Shown: piece by piece, positions 1 through 9,628 of the stretch | Numbering within the stretch: position 1 is the stretch's first letter | How the letters are laid out: the number at the start of each line of letters is the position of its first letter | Assembly: GCA_021790305.1 (NCBI GenBank) | Contig: JAJYED010000004.1 | Location: 1-57,351 of the forward strand | DNA from: Candidatus Micrarchaeota archaeon | GTDB lineage: Archaea > Micrarchaeota > Micrarchaeia > Micrarchaeales > CABMGC01 | Reading direction: 5' to 3' | DNA length: 57,351 nt | Position numbers and translations under genes: made by a program | Notes under the pieces: model-generated | Databases searched by the model: none | The model's input: the letters and a program-made list of their open reading frames with translations, nothing else | Told to the model about the DNA's origin: nothing

Positions 1-73
1 CATTCAGGTATGCAAGCGTAAGTGATATGTGCTTTTCATATCCTGAACCTTCTTTATAGCGTATGTATTTCAT
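1..73 (-). CDS. 5' end of a hypothetical protein running off the window (MKYIRYKEGSGYEKHISLTLAYLN...)
   Basis: ATG overlaps the TGA of the 70..270 ORF (ATGA at 73-70); frame stays open to the window edge. Confidence 0.5.
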   Translation of the reverse strand, partial: MKYIRYKEGSGYEKHISLTLAYLN

Positions 74-270
74 TGAGCCACCATATATACGATAGATGAG
101 AGCATTATGATTACTGAGAAGATCAGTATCTGCTTCATCAGAAGTTTTTGTCCAATAGCTTTACCGTGATCGTTATTTGAAAATACGATTATTAGAGATA
201 AGATAGAGACGATGATTGCTGAAACCTCTGTTATGTATCTGAATAAGAAAATGATGCCATTCATTATCAC
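70..270 (-). CDS. small hypothetical membrane protein (2 TM)
   Basis: 66 aa, two hydrophobic segments; ATGA-type overlaps with neighbours. Confidence 0.6.
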   Translation of the reverse strand: MIMNGIIFLFRYITEVSAIIVSILSLIIVFSNNDHGKAIGQKLLMKQILIFSVIIMLSSIVYMVAQ

Positions 271-836
271 ACCACTCCGATATTGTATCCTGCAGTTAGC
301 ATAAGGAGAGTGGCTGAGAGCTCTTCCCTGCCCAGTACCGCATTGAGGAAAGATGCATTATCAGGGAAGGCCAACTCCAGCTTTTTATGGATTTTTATGC
401 GTTCAGGAAGTGCATCATACCTGTGAAGATCTACCATTCCGAATCTTCTTGATGCAATATTCAACGTGTCGCTTTCCGATAGTCTTCTTGAAGATATGCC
501 CTCGGTTATGAGGCGGTCGGTGACAATGCGTGATAGAGCGGCCTTGCGCGGCTCTGCAGAGTATGTTAAGTAGTTGCTAAACCTGTTCATCCCAAAATAC
601 ACATATCGATAAAAGGAATACTCCTTATCAGGCTCTTCCGAAAGGTCCTTTATGTCTGCCGTTTCGCTTAAGCTGATGGATCCTGATAGTTCGACATCAT
701 CTTTTGCTACAGGGGTATCGAGATCTATGCGTGTCTTGTGCTTCAGGAGATTAAGCGATTTTAACAGGGTGAATATGATTAAGCCAATTATCAGAGGGTA
801 GAATTGCGACAGGTAAGGCACTATTAACTGGGTCAT
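267..836 (-). CDS. hypothetical protein with N-terminal membrane anchor
   Basis: 189 aa ORF, N-terminal hydrophobic stretch, 4-nt overlaps on both sides. Confidence 0.65.
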   Translation of the reverse strand: MTQLIVPYLSQFYPLIIGLIIFTLLKSLNLLKHKTRIDLDTPVAKDDVELSGSISLSETADIKDLSEEPDKEYSFYRYVYFGMNRFSNYLTYSAEPRKAALSRIVTDRLITEGISSRRLSESDTLNIASRRFGMVDLHRYDALPERIKIHKKLELAFPDNASFLNAVLGREELSATLLMLTAGYNIGVV

Positions 837-1507
837 ATCTTCACGATATTCAGCTTATTTCCCCTTGAAGGGAGTATCTTGTATCCACGATCCGGCAGCT
901 CATTAAGTGCCGATTGAAGCTCAATCTTGTCCAATCCAGTATATTCCATCATCTCTTGCATCGTTGCCTCTTTTCCTGACCTTGCAATTATCAGTTCAGG
1001 TGCGATTTGGTATAATTTGTTCTGGAGTTTTGCATTGCCGTTCTCCAGTTCAAGATTCTTCCTTCTTAGCTCTATTATCCGTTTGGAGAGCAGGATGTCC
1101 GAGTACTCGTTAGAGTTCCTTTCCTTTATCGCATTTGAGTAGTGATTCAACTGGTTCTTTACCAGGGCCTCTGAGAGATGTGCGTATATCTCAGACATTC
1201 TTAGTTCGTATCCCCATCTGCAATTGGACATCATTTCGAAAAGCATTAGGAGAATTTCCCTCTTCGGGTTTTCCAGTGCAGTGTTTGATAGAAGTTCTAT
1301 AGAAATGCACTTTTCGTCAAGGTTGAATACGAACTTCCTGCCCTCCTCTTCGAGAGTAGCACAGATGCTGCCTCCTTCTCCTGTTAACTTGTAGGCTTTT
1401 ACTTCCGAGAGATAAGTCTTCATCTGGCCTGTGTCGGCAATCATGTCTGCATTTACAGACATTACATAGCTTACCGCATACTTATTCTGCTTTTTCATTT
1501 TTGGCAC
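833..1507 (-). CDS. hypothetical protein, coiled coil plus probable C-terminal winged helix
   Basis: 224 aa; heptad-like segment followed by 'ATMQEMMEYTGLDKIELQSALNELPDRGY'. Confidence 0.65.
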   Translation of the reverse strand: MPKMKKQNKYAVSYVMSVNADMIADTGQMKTYLSEVKAYKLTGEGGSICATLEEEGRKFVFNLDEKCISIELLSNTALENPKREILLMLFEMMSNCRWGYELRMSEIYAHLSEALVKNQLNHYSNAIKERNSNEYSDILLSKRIIELRRKNLELENGNAKLQNKLYQIAPELIIARSGKEATMQEMMEYTGLDKIELQSALNELPDRGYKILPSRGNKLNIVKI

Positions 1508-1766
1508 CTGCCGCTATCCGGTTTACCGCTCCTGCAAACGCGTCTGCTATCTCGCTGTCGTTTATCCTGAGCCTGCGCAACTCTGAGAGTATGGCTCTCC
1601 TGTCCGCACCGCACAGTATCATTTTGTGGATAAGCTCGCTTAACACTACCTCTGAAGAGGAATTTACGTATGCGAGCACTGCTGCTCCCTCTTCAGGACC
1701 GCAGAGCCGCAGGACTATGCCGTGAAGTTTGCCCGTGTCTACTTCCATCTCCATCCGATCAGCCAT
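1482..1766 (-). CDS. hypothetical protein
   Basis: 94 aa ATG ORF downstream of an AT-rich promoter-like tract (1767-1810). Confidence 0.55.
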   Translation of the reverse strand: MADRMEMEVDTGKLHGIVLRLCGPEEGAAVLAYVNSSSEVVLSELIHKMILCGADRRAILSELRRLRINDSEIADAFAGAVNRIAAGAKNEKAE

Positions 1767-1944
1767 TATTTATTTAAGTATAATATCATATACTATAATA
1801 TATAAACATTTCTTTTGAGTTAAGAATCTGTTGTGCTGAGCCGCTTGAGGCGGGAGTTAACGCATCTTCACCTGAATAATGAGGCGTGTATTGGTAAGAA
1901 TCCGCTTTAGAGCAAGCTTTTTATTCCTTAAATCACAGTAAATT

Positions 1945-4900
1945 TTGGCGATCAGGGACATGTTACATCTAAAATCACTCACTATACACAGGTTCAAGTC
2001 ATTCAAGCACGCAGAACTTCTTTTCAATGATGGGTTTACATGTATAGTGGGGCGTAACGGCTCTGGGAAGTCAACAATCTTCGATGCTCTTACATTCGGT
2101 CTTGGAGTTACGTCTAAGAAGAGGCTGCGAGTAAACAGCATGAAGGAGCTCTTATCCGATTCGCTGAAGGAGAAGAAGGGGCTGCATACAGCTTATGTCA
2201 AGCTCACCTTTACAGGAGATGAAAATGTAGAAGTGGCCAGATATATACGCTCTGACGGAAAGCACGCTTACAGGGTTAACGGGAAGAGGATGAAGAAAGG
2301 AGATGTGATGGAGCTCCTTGCAAAGCATGGAATAAAGTCCGATTACACGAATACGATGCTGCAAGGAGAGATAAACCGTGCAATAGAGATGAATCCTAAG
2401 GAGAGGAGGGAGCTCATAGACATAGCTTCCGGCATAAAGGAATTTGACATAAAGAAAGATGAGAGCCTTAAGGAGCTTGACAAGGTGGATCAGAAGATAT
2501 CAGAGGCGAGGGTCTCTTTGAACGAGAGGACAGGTTTCCTGAAGGAGCTTGGAAAGGAGAAGGAGGTTGCAGAATCTTATCTTAATTACAATAAGAGGCT
2601 AAAGGCCTTGAGATACAGCCTGCTTTCGATGAAGAAAGAGGCTCTGCAGATGTCTTATGACGATGCGGGCAGGAAGATTACAGTTATAGAGCAGAAGAAG
2701 GGCGGCATTAAACAGAAGTATGAAGAGATGAGCAAGCGGATAGAGCAGCTGAATGATGAGAGGCAGACGCTCATGTCGGAGATGAATGAGCGTACAACTT
2801 CTTCGGGGGAGAGGAGCAAGAAGTTGGAGATATCTGCGGCAGAGCTGGCAAACGTTAAGGCTGAACTTTCAAACAGGGAGCAGCAGATTGTTCAGTGCAA
2901 TTTGGATATCGCTGCGCTTGAAGCTGAGCGCAAAGGCATATTAGATAAGATAATTGCAAATTCAAAGGAGATAGAGAGGCTTAGAGAGGAAGAGAGCAGG
3001 TATGCAAAGATTGTTTCTGAGCTTGACTACCTTGGAATTGCTGATGAGAAAGCCGATGAGATACGGTTGATAAACCAGAGGATACTGGAGCTGAGCAGCA
3101 AGCTGATGGATGAGCAGGAGCATATGTCCAGAGTGGGCGCAGACAGATCAGCGATGCTGGACAGGAAGGAATTCTACAAGAAGCAGGCAGAGGAGGTATC
3201 CAAGGGCACAGTAAGCCTGGTCTCTGAGATGAATGATCTTGGCAAGCGCGTTCCTGAGATAGAGAGTAGACTTAAGGAGATAGAGGCTGAGCTGAAGAAG
3301 CTCGACTCTGGATCAAAAGGCCTCTCCTCAACGATAGAGAGGGCTGATGAGAAGCTCATAGAGCTCAGGGAGCAGAGGTCTTACGCAAGGCAGAGGAATA
3401 GTCAGCTTGAGACAAAGCTGACAGCTGCATTCAAGGAGAAGGATGGTTTCTATGGAAAGGCAGCTTCATTATGCACCTATGAACTTGAACACTCTGCTGC
3501 GATAGAGGCTGCTGCAGGGGCGAGGATGGAGTACTTTGTAGTCGATGATATAGACGTTGCCAACCGCATAATAGAGTATGTAAAGAAGAATAGCCTTGGC
3601 AGAGCCACCTTCATACCGCTAAAGGAGATAAAGACTATAGCGCAAAAGGAAGATGAGGAGATGGAGAGGCTCGTCGATCTGGTAAAGTTCGACAAGAAGT
3701 TCGGCAGGGCTTTCGAATATATATTTGAGGATACCTTCCTTGCAGAGAGCGTTGCACAGATAAAGAAGAAGGGAGTGGGCAGGCACAGGTATGTGACAAT
3801 TGATGGAGAGCTTGTAGAGCGCTCAGGGATAATAAGCGGAGGCTCAGGATACGGAAAGGTATCGGTAAGGACAATAGATATGAGCATAGAGAAATTTGAA
3901 GCGGAGAAGAAAGCAGCTCGCGAGGCGACTGATGCAATCGCAGGAAAGCTGTTTGATGCAAGAAAAGAGAAGATGCTTCTGGAGAGCGAGCTCAAGTCGA
4001 TAAACGATAGGACAAGCAGGTTGTCTTCTGAGGTAGCGATAGCTGAAAAGAAGCTCAATGATTCGGTAGCTGCTGCAAAGGAGCTAGAGGTAAAAGCAGC
4101 AGATATAGAGAAGGGCATGCAGGAGATGGATAAGGCAAAGCTTGAGACTGCAATGGAGATAGAGAGGCTGAAGGGCAGGCTGGCAAACGCGGAGAAGGGG
4201 AAGAAGGGCAAGGGGGCGATGGAAGAGGAGAGGAAGAAGCTGAATGATGCCCGTTCCGGCCTTGACAAGACAAGGATAAGGATTGCTGAGCTTTCAAAAG
4301 AGAATGAGATGATTAGTGAGAGGGATTCGGGAATAACCTCTTCGATGAAGAAGAGGAATGGTGAGATAGAGAGGAGCAGGAAGGAGATAAAGGAGCTTAT
4401 ATTGAAGAGACAGGTTCTGGAGGATTCAAGGAAGAGGATAGAGGAGGAGATAAAGAACAGCAGCAGTGTCACCTCGAAGGCTTATGAAAGAATGCAGAAG
4501 ATGGAGGCTGAACTGCAGAAGATGGGCATTGAGAATGGCAAGACCTCTGCGGAGCTGGCAAACGCAGAGAGGGAGCTGAACGAACTTAATATTGTAAGAG
4601 GCCAGACAGAGACAAGACTGAGCGATATAAAGGCGGAGTTTGCCTCGTATGATGGAGAGGGGATAGGGACGGTGGATGGAAGGATAGAGGATATGGAAGC
4701 TGAGGCTAACCTGCTCAACCTTAAGATAAAGGATCTTGGAAATGTCAATCTTAAGGCTCCTGAGATATATGAGATTAAGAAGAAAGAGGTCGACGAGGCG
4801 GATGCAAAGGTGCTCACGCTTGAAGCTGAAAAGGAAGCTGTCCTTAACATGATAAACGAGATAGAATCGAAGAAGCTGCAGATATTCATGGATACATTCA

Positions 4901-5340
4901 ACGATGTCAGCAAGAATTTCACCAAGCTGCACAAGCACATATCCGAGATAAAGGATGCGTCCCTGAAGCTGAGCGATATGTCAAACCCGTTGCAGAGCGG
5001 GCTTGAGATATCAATAAAGGAGGCGGGTGCCTCAAGATCCGTGATACAGCTCTCAGGAGGGGAGAAATCCTTCGCAGTTCTTGTACTGCTTTTTGCGATA
5101 TTCACCAGGAATCCTTCAAGGATATACATATTTGACGAGGTAGATTCTGCACTTGACAAGGACAACTCAAGACTGCTGTCAAAATTGATAAAGGATATGT
5201 CAAAGGACGCACAGTTCGTAGTGGTAAGCCATAATGATTCCCTTGTCGTAGAAGCAGATGCGGCAGTGGGTGTAATAAAGGATACTGCAGGATCAAATGT
5301 AGTAGGAGTCGAGATAGCGGAATTGACAAGAGGCAGATGA
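1945..5340 (+). CDS. smc: chromosome segregation protein SMC (ATG at 1960 is an alternative start)
   Basis: FKSF, Walker A GRNGSGKS, long coiled coils, hinge (GRATFIPL, GIISGG), LSGGEKS signature, Walker B FDEVDSALD. Confidence 0.96.
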   Translation: MAIRDMLHLKSLTIHRFKSFKHAELLFNDGFTCIVGRNGSGKSTIFDALTFGLGVTSKKRLRVNSMKELLSDSLKEKKGLHTAYVKLTFTGDENVEVARYIRSDGKHAYRVNGKRMKKGDVMELLAKHGIKSDYTNTMLQGEINRAIEMNPKERRELIDIASGIKEFDIKKDESLKELDKVDQKISEARVSLNERTGFLKELGKEKEVAESYLNYNKRLKALRYSLLSMKKEALQMSYDDAGRKITVIEQKKGGIKQKYEEMSKRIEQLNDERQTLMSEMNERTTSSGERSKKLEISAAELANVKAELSNREQQIVQCNLDIAALEAERKGILDKIIANSKEIERLREEESRYAKIVSELDYLGIADEKADEIRLINQRILELSSKLMDEQEHMSRVGADRSAMLDRKEFYKKQAEEVSKGTVSLVSEMNDLGKRVPEIESRLKEIEAELKKLDSGSKGLSSTIERADEKLIELREQRSYARQRNSQLETKLTAAFKEKDGFYGKAASLCTYELEHSAAIEAAAGARMEYFVVDDIDVANRIIEYVKKNSLGRATFIPLKEIKTIAQKEDEEMERLVDLVKFDKKFGRAFEYIFEDTFLAESVAQIKKKGVGRHRYVTIDGELVERSGIISGGSGYGKVSVRTIDMSIEKFEAEKKAAREATDAIAGKLFDARKEKMLLESELKSINDRTSRLSSEVAIAEKKLNDSVAAAKELEVKAADIEKGMQEMDKAKLETAMEIERLKGRLANAEKGKKGKGAMEEERKKLNDARSGLDKTRIRIAELSKENEMISERDSGITSSMKKRNGEIERSRKEIKELILKRQVLEDSRKRIEEEIKNSSSVTSKAYERMQKMEAELQKMGIENGKTSAELANAERELNELNIVRGQTETRLSDIKAEFASYDGEGIGTVDGRIEDMEAEANLLNLKIKDLGNVNLKAPEIYEIKKKEVDEADAKVLTLEAEKEAVLNMINEIESKKLQIFMDTFNDVSKNFTKLHKHISEIKDASLKLSDMSNPLQSGLEISIKEAGASRSVIQLSGGEKSFAVLVLLFAIFTRNPSRIYIFDEVDSALDKDNSRLLSKLIKDMSKDAQFVVVSHNDSLVVEADAAVGVIKDTAGSNVVGVEIAELTRGR

Positions 5341-6356
5341 GTATTTTGAAGAAGGAAAAGACGAAACATGATTATGTCAGCTGGTTGCTTTATGCACTCT
5401 TAGTTGTGTCAGTAGTGGCTTATGCTTTTACTAGCAGTGTGTTAATAGGCATAGGAGCTTTCGCATTAGTAGTAATAATACTGATGTATGAATTCAGGCA
5501 GAGCGTTAAGGAAGAGGGTGCGAAAGGTACGGTAGTAGATGTAGCAAAGGCTCTTGCAGTAGTGGCTGTCATATGGTTAGTGCTGATAGTGGTGCTTGGC
5601 ACCACGCAGCCGGTAAATGTCGTGGCAAGCTGCAGCATGCTCCCTGTCCTGAACAGAGGAGACCTCGTCTTCCTTCATGGAATAAACAACATGTCTTCAT
5701 TCCTTCAGAGCAAACACATACCTGTAATAAATGTCAGCCAGACCCAGTTCAACAGTATGGAAGCGAACATCAACAGTGAATTCCTTGCGTATTTCGCATA
5801 TGCAAAGGCAAATCCTTCTGACATAGGGTATATAGGAAACTTCAGCAATTCCACTTATGGCATAGGGTTGTACAACACCCATTGCATAGATTACTACTCC
5901 AGCCTCTCTGAACCTACAGAATACGCAAGATGTGCGGTTCCTGCAGGTTATCAGAACAGGAATCTGATAAGATACAACTATTCAATAGGCAAGGCAGTAA
6001 TAAACGGCATTACTGAGCAGGCGGTCTATACCTCCTCGATAACCATAGCCAACCATACTGTTATAGAGAATTACTCCAATCCAATAATTATTTACCAGAC
6101 AACTCCTTCAGACTACTTCAGCGGAGATATAATACACAGGATTGTAGCCGCGTTGAACGTCAATGGTTCCTATTACATACTTACAAAAGGGGACAACAAC
6201 CCTGGCCTTGATATGGAATTTGGCAATTATCCAATAAACCAGAGCAGTGTAATAGGGTACAACATTGCAACAATACCGCTTATAGGCTATCTGAAACTGA
6301 TACTGAGCGGACAGCTTGGAGCTGTTGCAGGATGCAACCAGACAATGCTAAGATGA
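5337..6356 (+). CDS. signal peptidase I (archaeal/Sec11 type, S26) with large internal insert
   Basis: N-terminal TMs, S-x-SMxP (VASCSMLP), RGDL, IIHRIV, TKGDNN, IPLIGY motifs. Confidence 0.85.
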   Translation: MSILKKEKTKHDYVSWLLYALLVVSVVAYAFTSSVLIGIGAFALVVIILMYEFRQSVKEEGAKGTVVDVAKALAVVAVIWLVLIVVLGTTQPVNVVASCSMLPVLNRGDLVFLHGINNMSSFLQSKHIPVINVSQTQFNSMEANINSEFLAYFAYAKANPSDIGYIGNFSNSTYGIGLYNTHCIDYYSSLSEPTEYARCAVPAGYQNRNLIRYNYSIGKAVINGITEQAVYTSSITIANHTVIENYSNPIIIYQTTPSDYFSGDIIHRIVAALNVNGSYYILTKGDNNPGLDMEFGNYPINQSSVIGYNIATIPLIGYLKLILSGQLGAVAGCNQTMLR

Positions 6357-6360
6357 GTGT

Positions 6361-6615
6361 ATGAAAATAGTATTTGACGAAGGGAAGATATGGGCGAAGA
6401 CGGAGCATGGAGAGGCCGAACTGGACTACAGGATAAAGGACAATTATATGATAATATACCATACAGGAACTCCTGAAGAGGATAGGGGAAAGGGAATAGC
6501 CGAGGAGCTCACTGACAGGGCTTTCGAGTTCGCCAAGAAGAATGGATTGAAGATAATACCCGCATGCCCGTACACACAGTATTACATAAAGAAGAAAAAG
6601 ATAACGGAATACTGA
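6361..6615 (+). CDS. small GNAT N-acetyltransferase (YjdJ-like)
   Basis: HT..PE..RGKGIA acetyl-CoA motif and IIPACPY. Confidence 0.85.
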   Translation: MKIVFDEGKIWAKTEHGEAELDYRIKDNYMIIYHTGTPEEDRGKGIAEELTDRAFEFAKKNGLKIIPACPYTQYYIKKKKITEY

Positions 6616-6629
6616 TATTGCAAGCTATC

Positions 6630-7337
6630 TCAATCTTCAAAAAGAGGCCTTAATGCGCCTAGCAGTTGAGGGTCCATGCCATTCTTTTTACGCAGGTATA
6701 CCTTCCTTGCGGCATAGAATCTTGATCCTGGTATCATTATTGCATCGTTTGCCGTTTTTTCCATCTGCACGCTTCTTTCATCCTGCATGTATACCATTAC
6801 AGGCGCTTCTGCCATCGGCTGCCTTACACCGCTCATGCTCGTTACGCCCCCATGCTTGGATGTCTTCCATATATCCACGGATATCGGACCGTTTCCCTGA
6901 TGGAAGTATACTCTTCTGTTGAACGGCATATTGTCAAGCTCCTCTGTCCATTGCATTGATACGAAACGTAGCTTCTTCCTTTTGCTTTTGTTGTCAATGT
7001 CTATCGCATGATAGCCGTTAAGGTTAGTGCCGATTGCTCCAGTCCAGAACCAGATGTAACCGCTCTCGCCATAGAAACCGGTGCGTTCCAGGGAGGTGAT
7101 GAAGCGTTCATCTCCAAGGTAATCGATAAGCTTTTCAGGAGTGATTAGGCTACCTCTGCTCTTCGTAGCTGCCAGGTAGGAAGTGAAGTAGTTTGCAGGC
7201 TTTTCCACTAGAGTTGGTGCGATAGATGGCTTATTCTCAGCTTCTTTATTTGCAATCATAAAATCCTTGCATTCTTTTTGAGATTGCCTCATATATAAAG
7301 AATGCAGGCCGTTCTGATATAGATTTATAAAGTGCAA
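6630..7337 (-). CDS. hypothetical protein (true start probably an internal Met)
   Basis: 235 aa ORF filling the gap; no recognised family. Confidence 0.6.
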   Translation of the reverse strand: MHFINLYQNGLHSLYMRQSQKECKDFMIANKEAENKPSIAPTLVEKPANYFTSYLAATKSRGSLITPEKLIDYLGDERFITSLERTGFYGESGYIWFWTGAIGTNLNGYHAIDIDNKSKRKKLRFVSMQWTEELDNMPFNRRVYFHQGNGPISVDIWKTSKHGGVTSMSGVRQPMAEAPVMVYMQDERSVQMEKTANDAIMIPGSRFYAARKVYLRKKNGMDPQLLGALRPLFED

Positions 7338-7354
7338 TTGGTAGACTTATAAAT

Positions 7355-8131
7355 ATGCGTAGATTGGCCAATTATGTACTGCTTGTATCTGCCTTAAGCT
7401 CCGTCTTCCTATTTGCAAGTGCTAGTGCGTATTTCAACATGACATATGTCAATACGACTGTGATACTTTACAAGAATACCAGTGCCCATGTTGTAGAATC
7501 TTTCACGATATCCATGTCGAATTCCTCTATTTCGCAGTACAACCAGGATCGGAGGGCGATAAACCTGACACTCAGCGAATGGCAGCATGCGTTGAGCAAC
7601 GATTACCTGATGGAGCACATAATAAACCCTAGAGGCAGCGTACGGGACGTAACCTTTCTGCCAGGGCCGATAGGATATACGAACAATTACGGAGGAACTG
7701 CGATAATAACTCTTGATTACTGGGTGAATAATGTGACCGATGTGCAAAATATTGCACCGCGGGAATTTGAGTATACCTTCAATGACTCTGTGCTTAATTT
7801 CCAGCACACCTCGAGCGGGGAGGATCTTCCGCCCAACACAAGATTCAATATAATAATTCCCAAGGGCACAGACGCCATATCGGTGTATCCATCTCCTGAC
7901 TTCCCGAACCCTAGCTTCACGGGCAATTACACAGGGCATGTGCTCTTCTCGTGGTTTGAGAGCGAACCGTTGAACAAGTTTACCTTTGCATATACGCAGC
8001 AGCAATCTATGCAGGCAGAGGTACTGGCATATTTCAGCGGGATTTACTACGGTTACACCGCAGAGGTATATCTGGCAATAGTGGTCGCTGCTGCAGCTGT
8101 TGGGATTTACGCATACAGGAAGCTGAGATAA
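7355..8131 (+). CDS. secreted, C-terminally membrane-anchored protein
   Basis: signal peptide, many N-x-S/T sequons, C-terminal TM plus RKLR tail. Confidence 0.75.
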   Translation: MRRLANYVLLVSALSSVFLFASASAYFNMTYVNTTVILYKNTSAHVVESFTISMSNSSISQYNQDRRAINLTLSEWQHALSNDYLMEHIINPRGSVRDVTFLPGPIGYTNNYGGTAIITLDYWVNNVTDVQNIAPREFEYTFNDSVLNFQHTSSGEDLPPNTRFNIIIPKGTDAISVYPSPDFPNPSFTGNYTGHVLFSWFESEPLNKFTFAYTQQQSMQAEVLAYFSGIYYGYTAEVYLAIVVAAAAVGIYAYRKLR

Positions 8132-8140
8132 GGTGTATTT

Positions 8141-9628
8141 TTGCATAATTATGAGATTAGGGTGCTTCGCTTATTGGCACGTGCAGACAGCGCATCTCTT
8201 ACAGAACTTGAGAAGCGTGCAGAGCTTAGCAGGGATCAGGTTCTGTGGTCCCTTCACGGACTTGAGGATAAAGGATTTGTAAAATTGCATTACAAGGAAG
8301 AGCGCAGGATAATCCTTACTGCAGAGGGCAAGAGATATGCTGAAAACGGGCTTCCTGAAAGCAGACTCCTTCAAAGAATAAGTAAATCCGAGGTGAAGGC
8401 AGTATCACTCAGCAGTGATGAGGATAAGATAGGACTTCAGTGGCTCATGAGGAAGAAGCTTGCAAATATTGACAACGGTTCCTTAAGGATAACGGACGCT
8501 GGAGAGAGCGCTTTGAAGAAGGAATTCCCTGAAGAGCGTCTGCTACGGGCGATAGCAAAGGATATCGAACATGACAAACTTGCATCTGAGTACGGGGAGG
8601 AATTGGATACCCTGAAGAGGAGGGGGCTTTTGGATATTGAGAATGTGAATGAGTTTGAAAAGGCAGAGATAACCAAGAAAGGGATTGAAGCTGCCGGCGA
8701 TTCGTCTGAAAAAAAGGACGATATCGGAAGCGTTGACCGCGAGATGATTGCAAAGATGGGCTGGAAGGGCAGGAAGTTCTCCGAATATGATGTATCTGCA
8801 AAGGTGGGGCGGGAATTTGCAGCAAAGAAGCATGTATTAAAACAGACTATTGACAGGATAAAGGATGCTTACCTTGCGATGGGCTTCAAGGAGATATCCG
8901 GCCCTACAATCGATTCTGCATTCTGGGTATTTGATTCACTCTTCGTTCCACAGGATCATCCTGCTAGGGATAAGCAGGATACCTTCTTTCTGGAAAACCC
9001 AAAGGAGTTGGAGATAAAGGAAAGGGACTATGCCAAAAAGATAAAGGAAGAGCATGAAAAATCATGGAAGTACGAGTGGGACATAGATAAGGCAAGGCAG
9101 AGCGTCCTTAGGACCCATACTACAAGCGTATCCGCAAGATTCGTTCAGGAGGCGATTGCAAAGATAGCGTCTGAGGAGAGCGATGAGATGCTTCCGTTAA
9201 AGGCCTTCTCGATCGGAAGGATATTCAGGAATGAGAATATTGATTATAGGCATCTTGCGGATTTCTACCAGCATGATGGCGTGATAGTAGGCAAGGATCT
9301 GACCATGGCAAACCTTTTTGATACCCTGATAAAGATATATGCGAAATTCGGGATAGGGATAAAGTTCAAGCCGTCATACTTCCCTTTTGTAGAGCCTGCT
9401 ACAGAGTTTTATGGTTTTTCAGAAGTAGCTGATGAGTGGATAGAACTTGGAGGTGCCGGAATATTGAGAAGGGAGATTACAGGCATCTCAAGAAGCAAGA
9501 TAAGCGTGCTTGCGTGGGGGGCAGGCGTGGAACGCATATTGCTCATGAACAAGGACAATGGGATAAAGTCAATAGCGGAGCTCTACAACAACGGAATAGG
9601 CTTTGCAAGAGATATGAGGTATGTATAG
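8141..9628 (+). CDS. pheS: phenylalanine--tRNA ligase alpha subunit (archaeal type)
   Basis: N-terminal wHTH domains, HPARDKQDTF, LRTHTT, FRNE, YFPFVEP, WGAGVER. Confidence 0.96.
   Translation: MHNYEIRVLRLLARADSASLTELEKRAELSRDQVLWSLHGLEDKGFVKLHYKEERRIILTAEGKRYAENGLPESRLLQRISKSEVKAVSLSSDEDKIGLQWLMRKKLANIDNGSLRITDAGESALKKEFPEERLLRAIAKDIEHDKLASEYGEELDTLKRRGLLDIENVNEFEKAEITKKGIEAAGDSSEKKDDIGSVDREMIAKMGWKGRKFSEYDVSAKVGREFAAKKHVLKQTIDRIKDAYLAMGFKEISGPTIDSAFWVFDSLFVPQDHPARDKQDTFFLENPKELEIKERDYAKKIKEEHEKSWKYEWDIDKARQSVLRTHTTSVSARFVQEAIAKIASEESDEMLPLKAFSIGRIFRNENIDYRHLADFYQHDGVIVGKDLTMANLFDTLIKIYAKFGIGIKFKPSYFPFVEPATEFYGFSEVADEWIELGGAGILRREITGISRSKISVLAWGAGVERILLMNKDNGIKSIAELYNNGIGFARDMRYV

Noticed and set aside
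3477-5369. Long antisense ORFs (331 and 295 aa) opposite smc
   Set aside because: Ser/Phe/Leu-rich mirror of a Lys/Glu coiled-coil gene; shadow ORFs
7409-8146. 245-aa minus-strand ORF
   Set aside because: Fully overlaps a plus-strand gene with a coherent signal-peptide/anchor architecture
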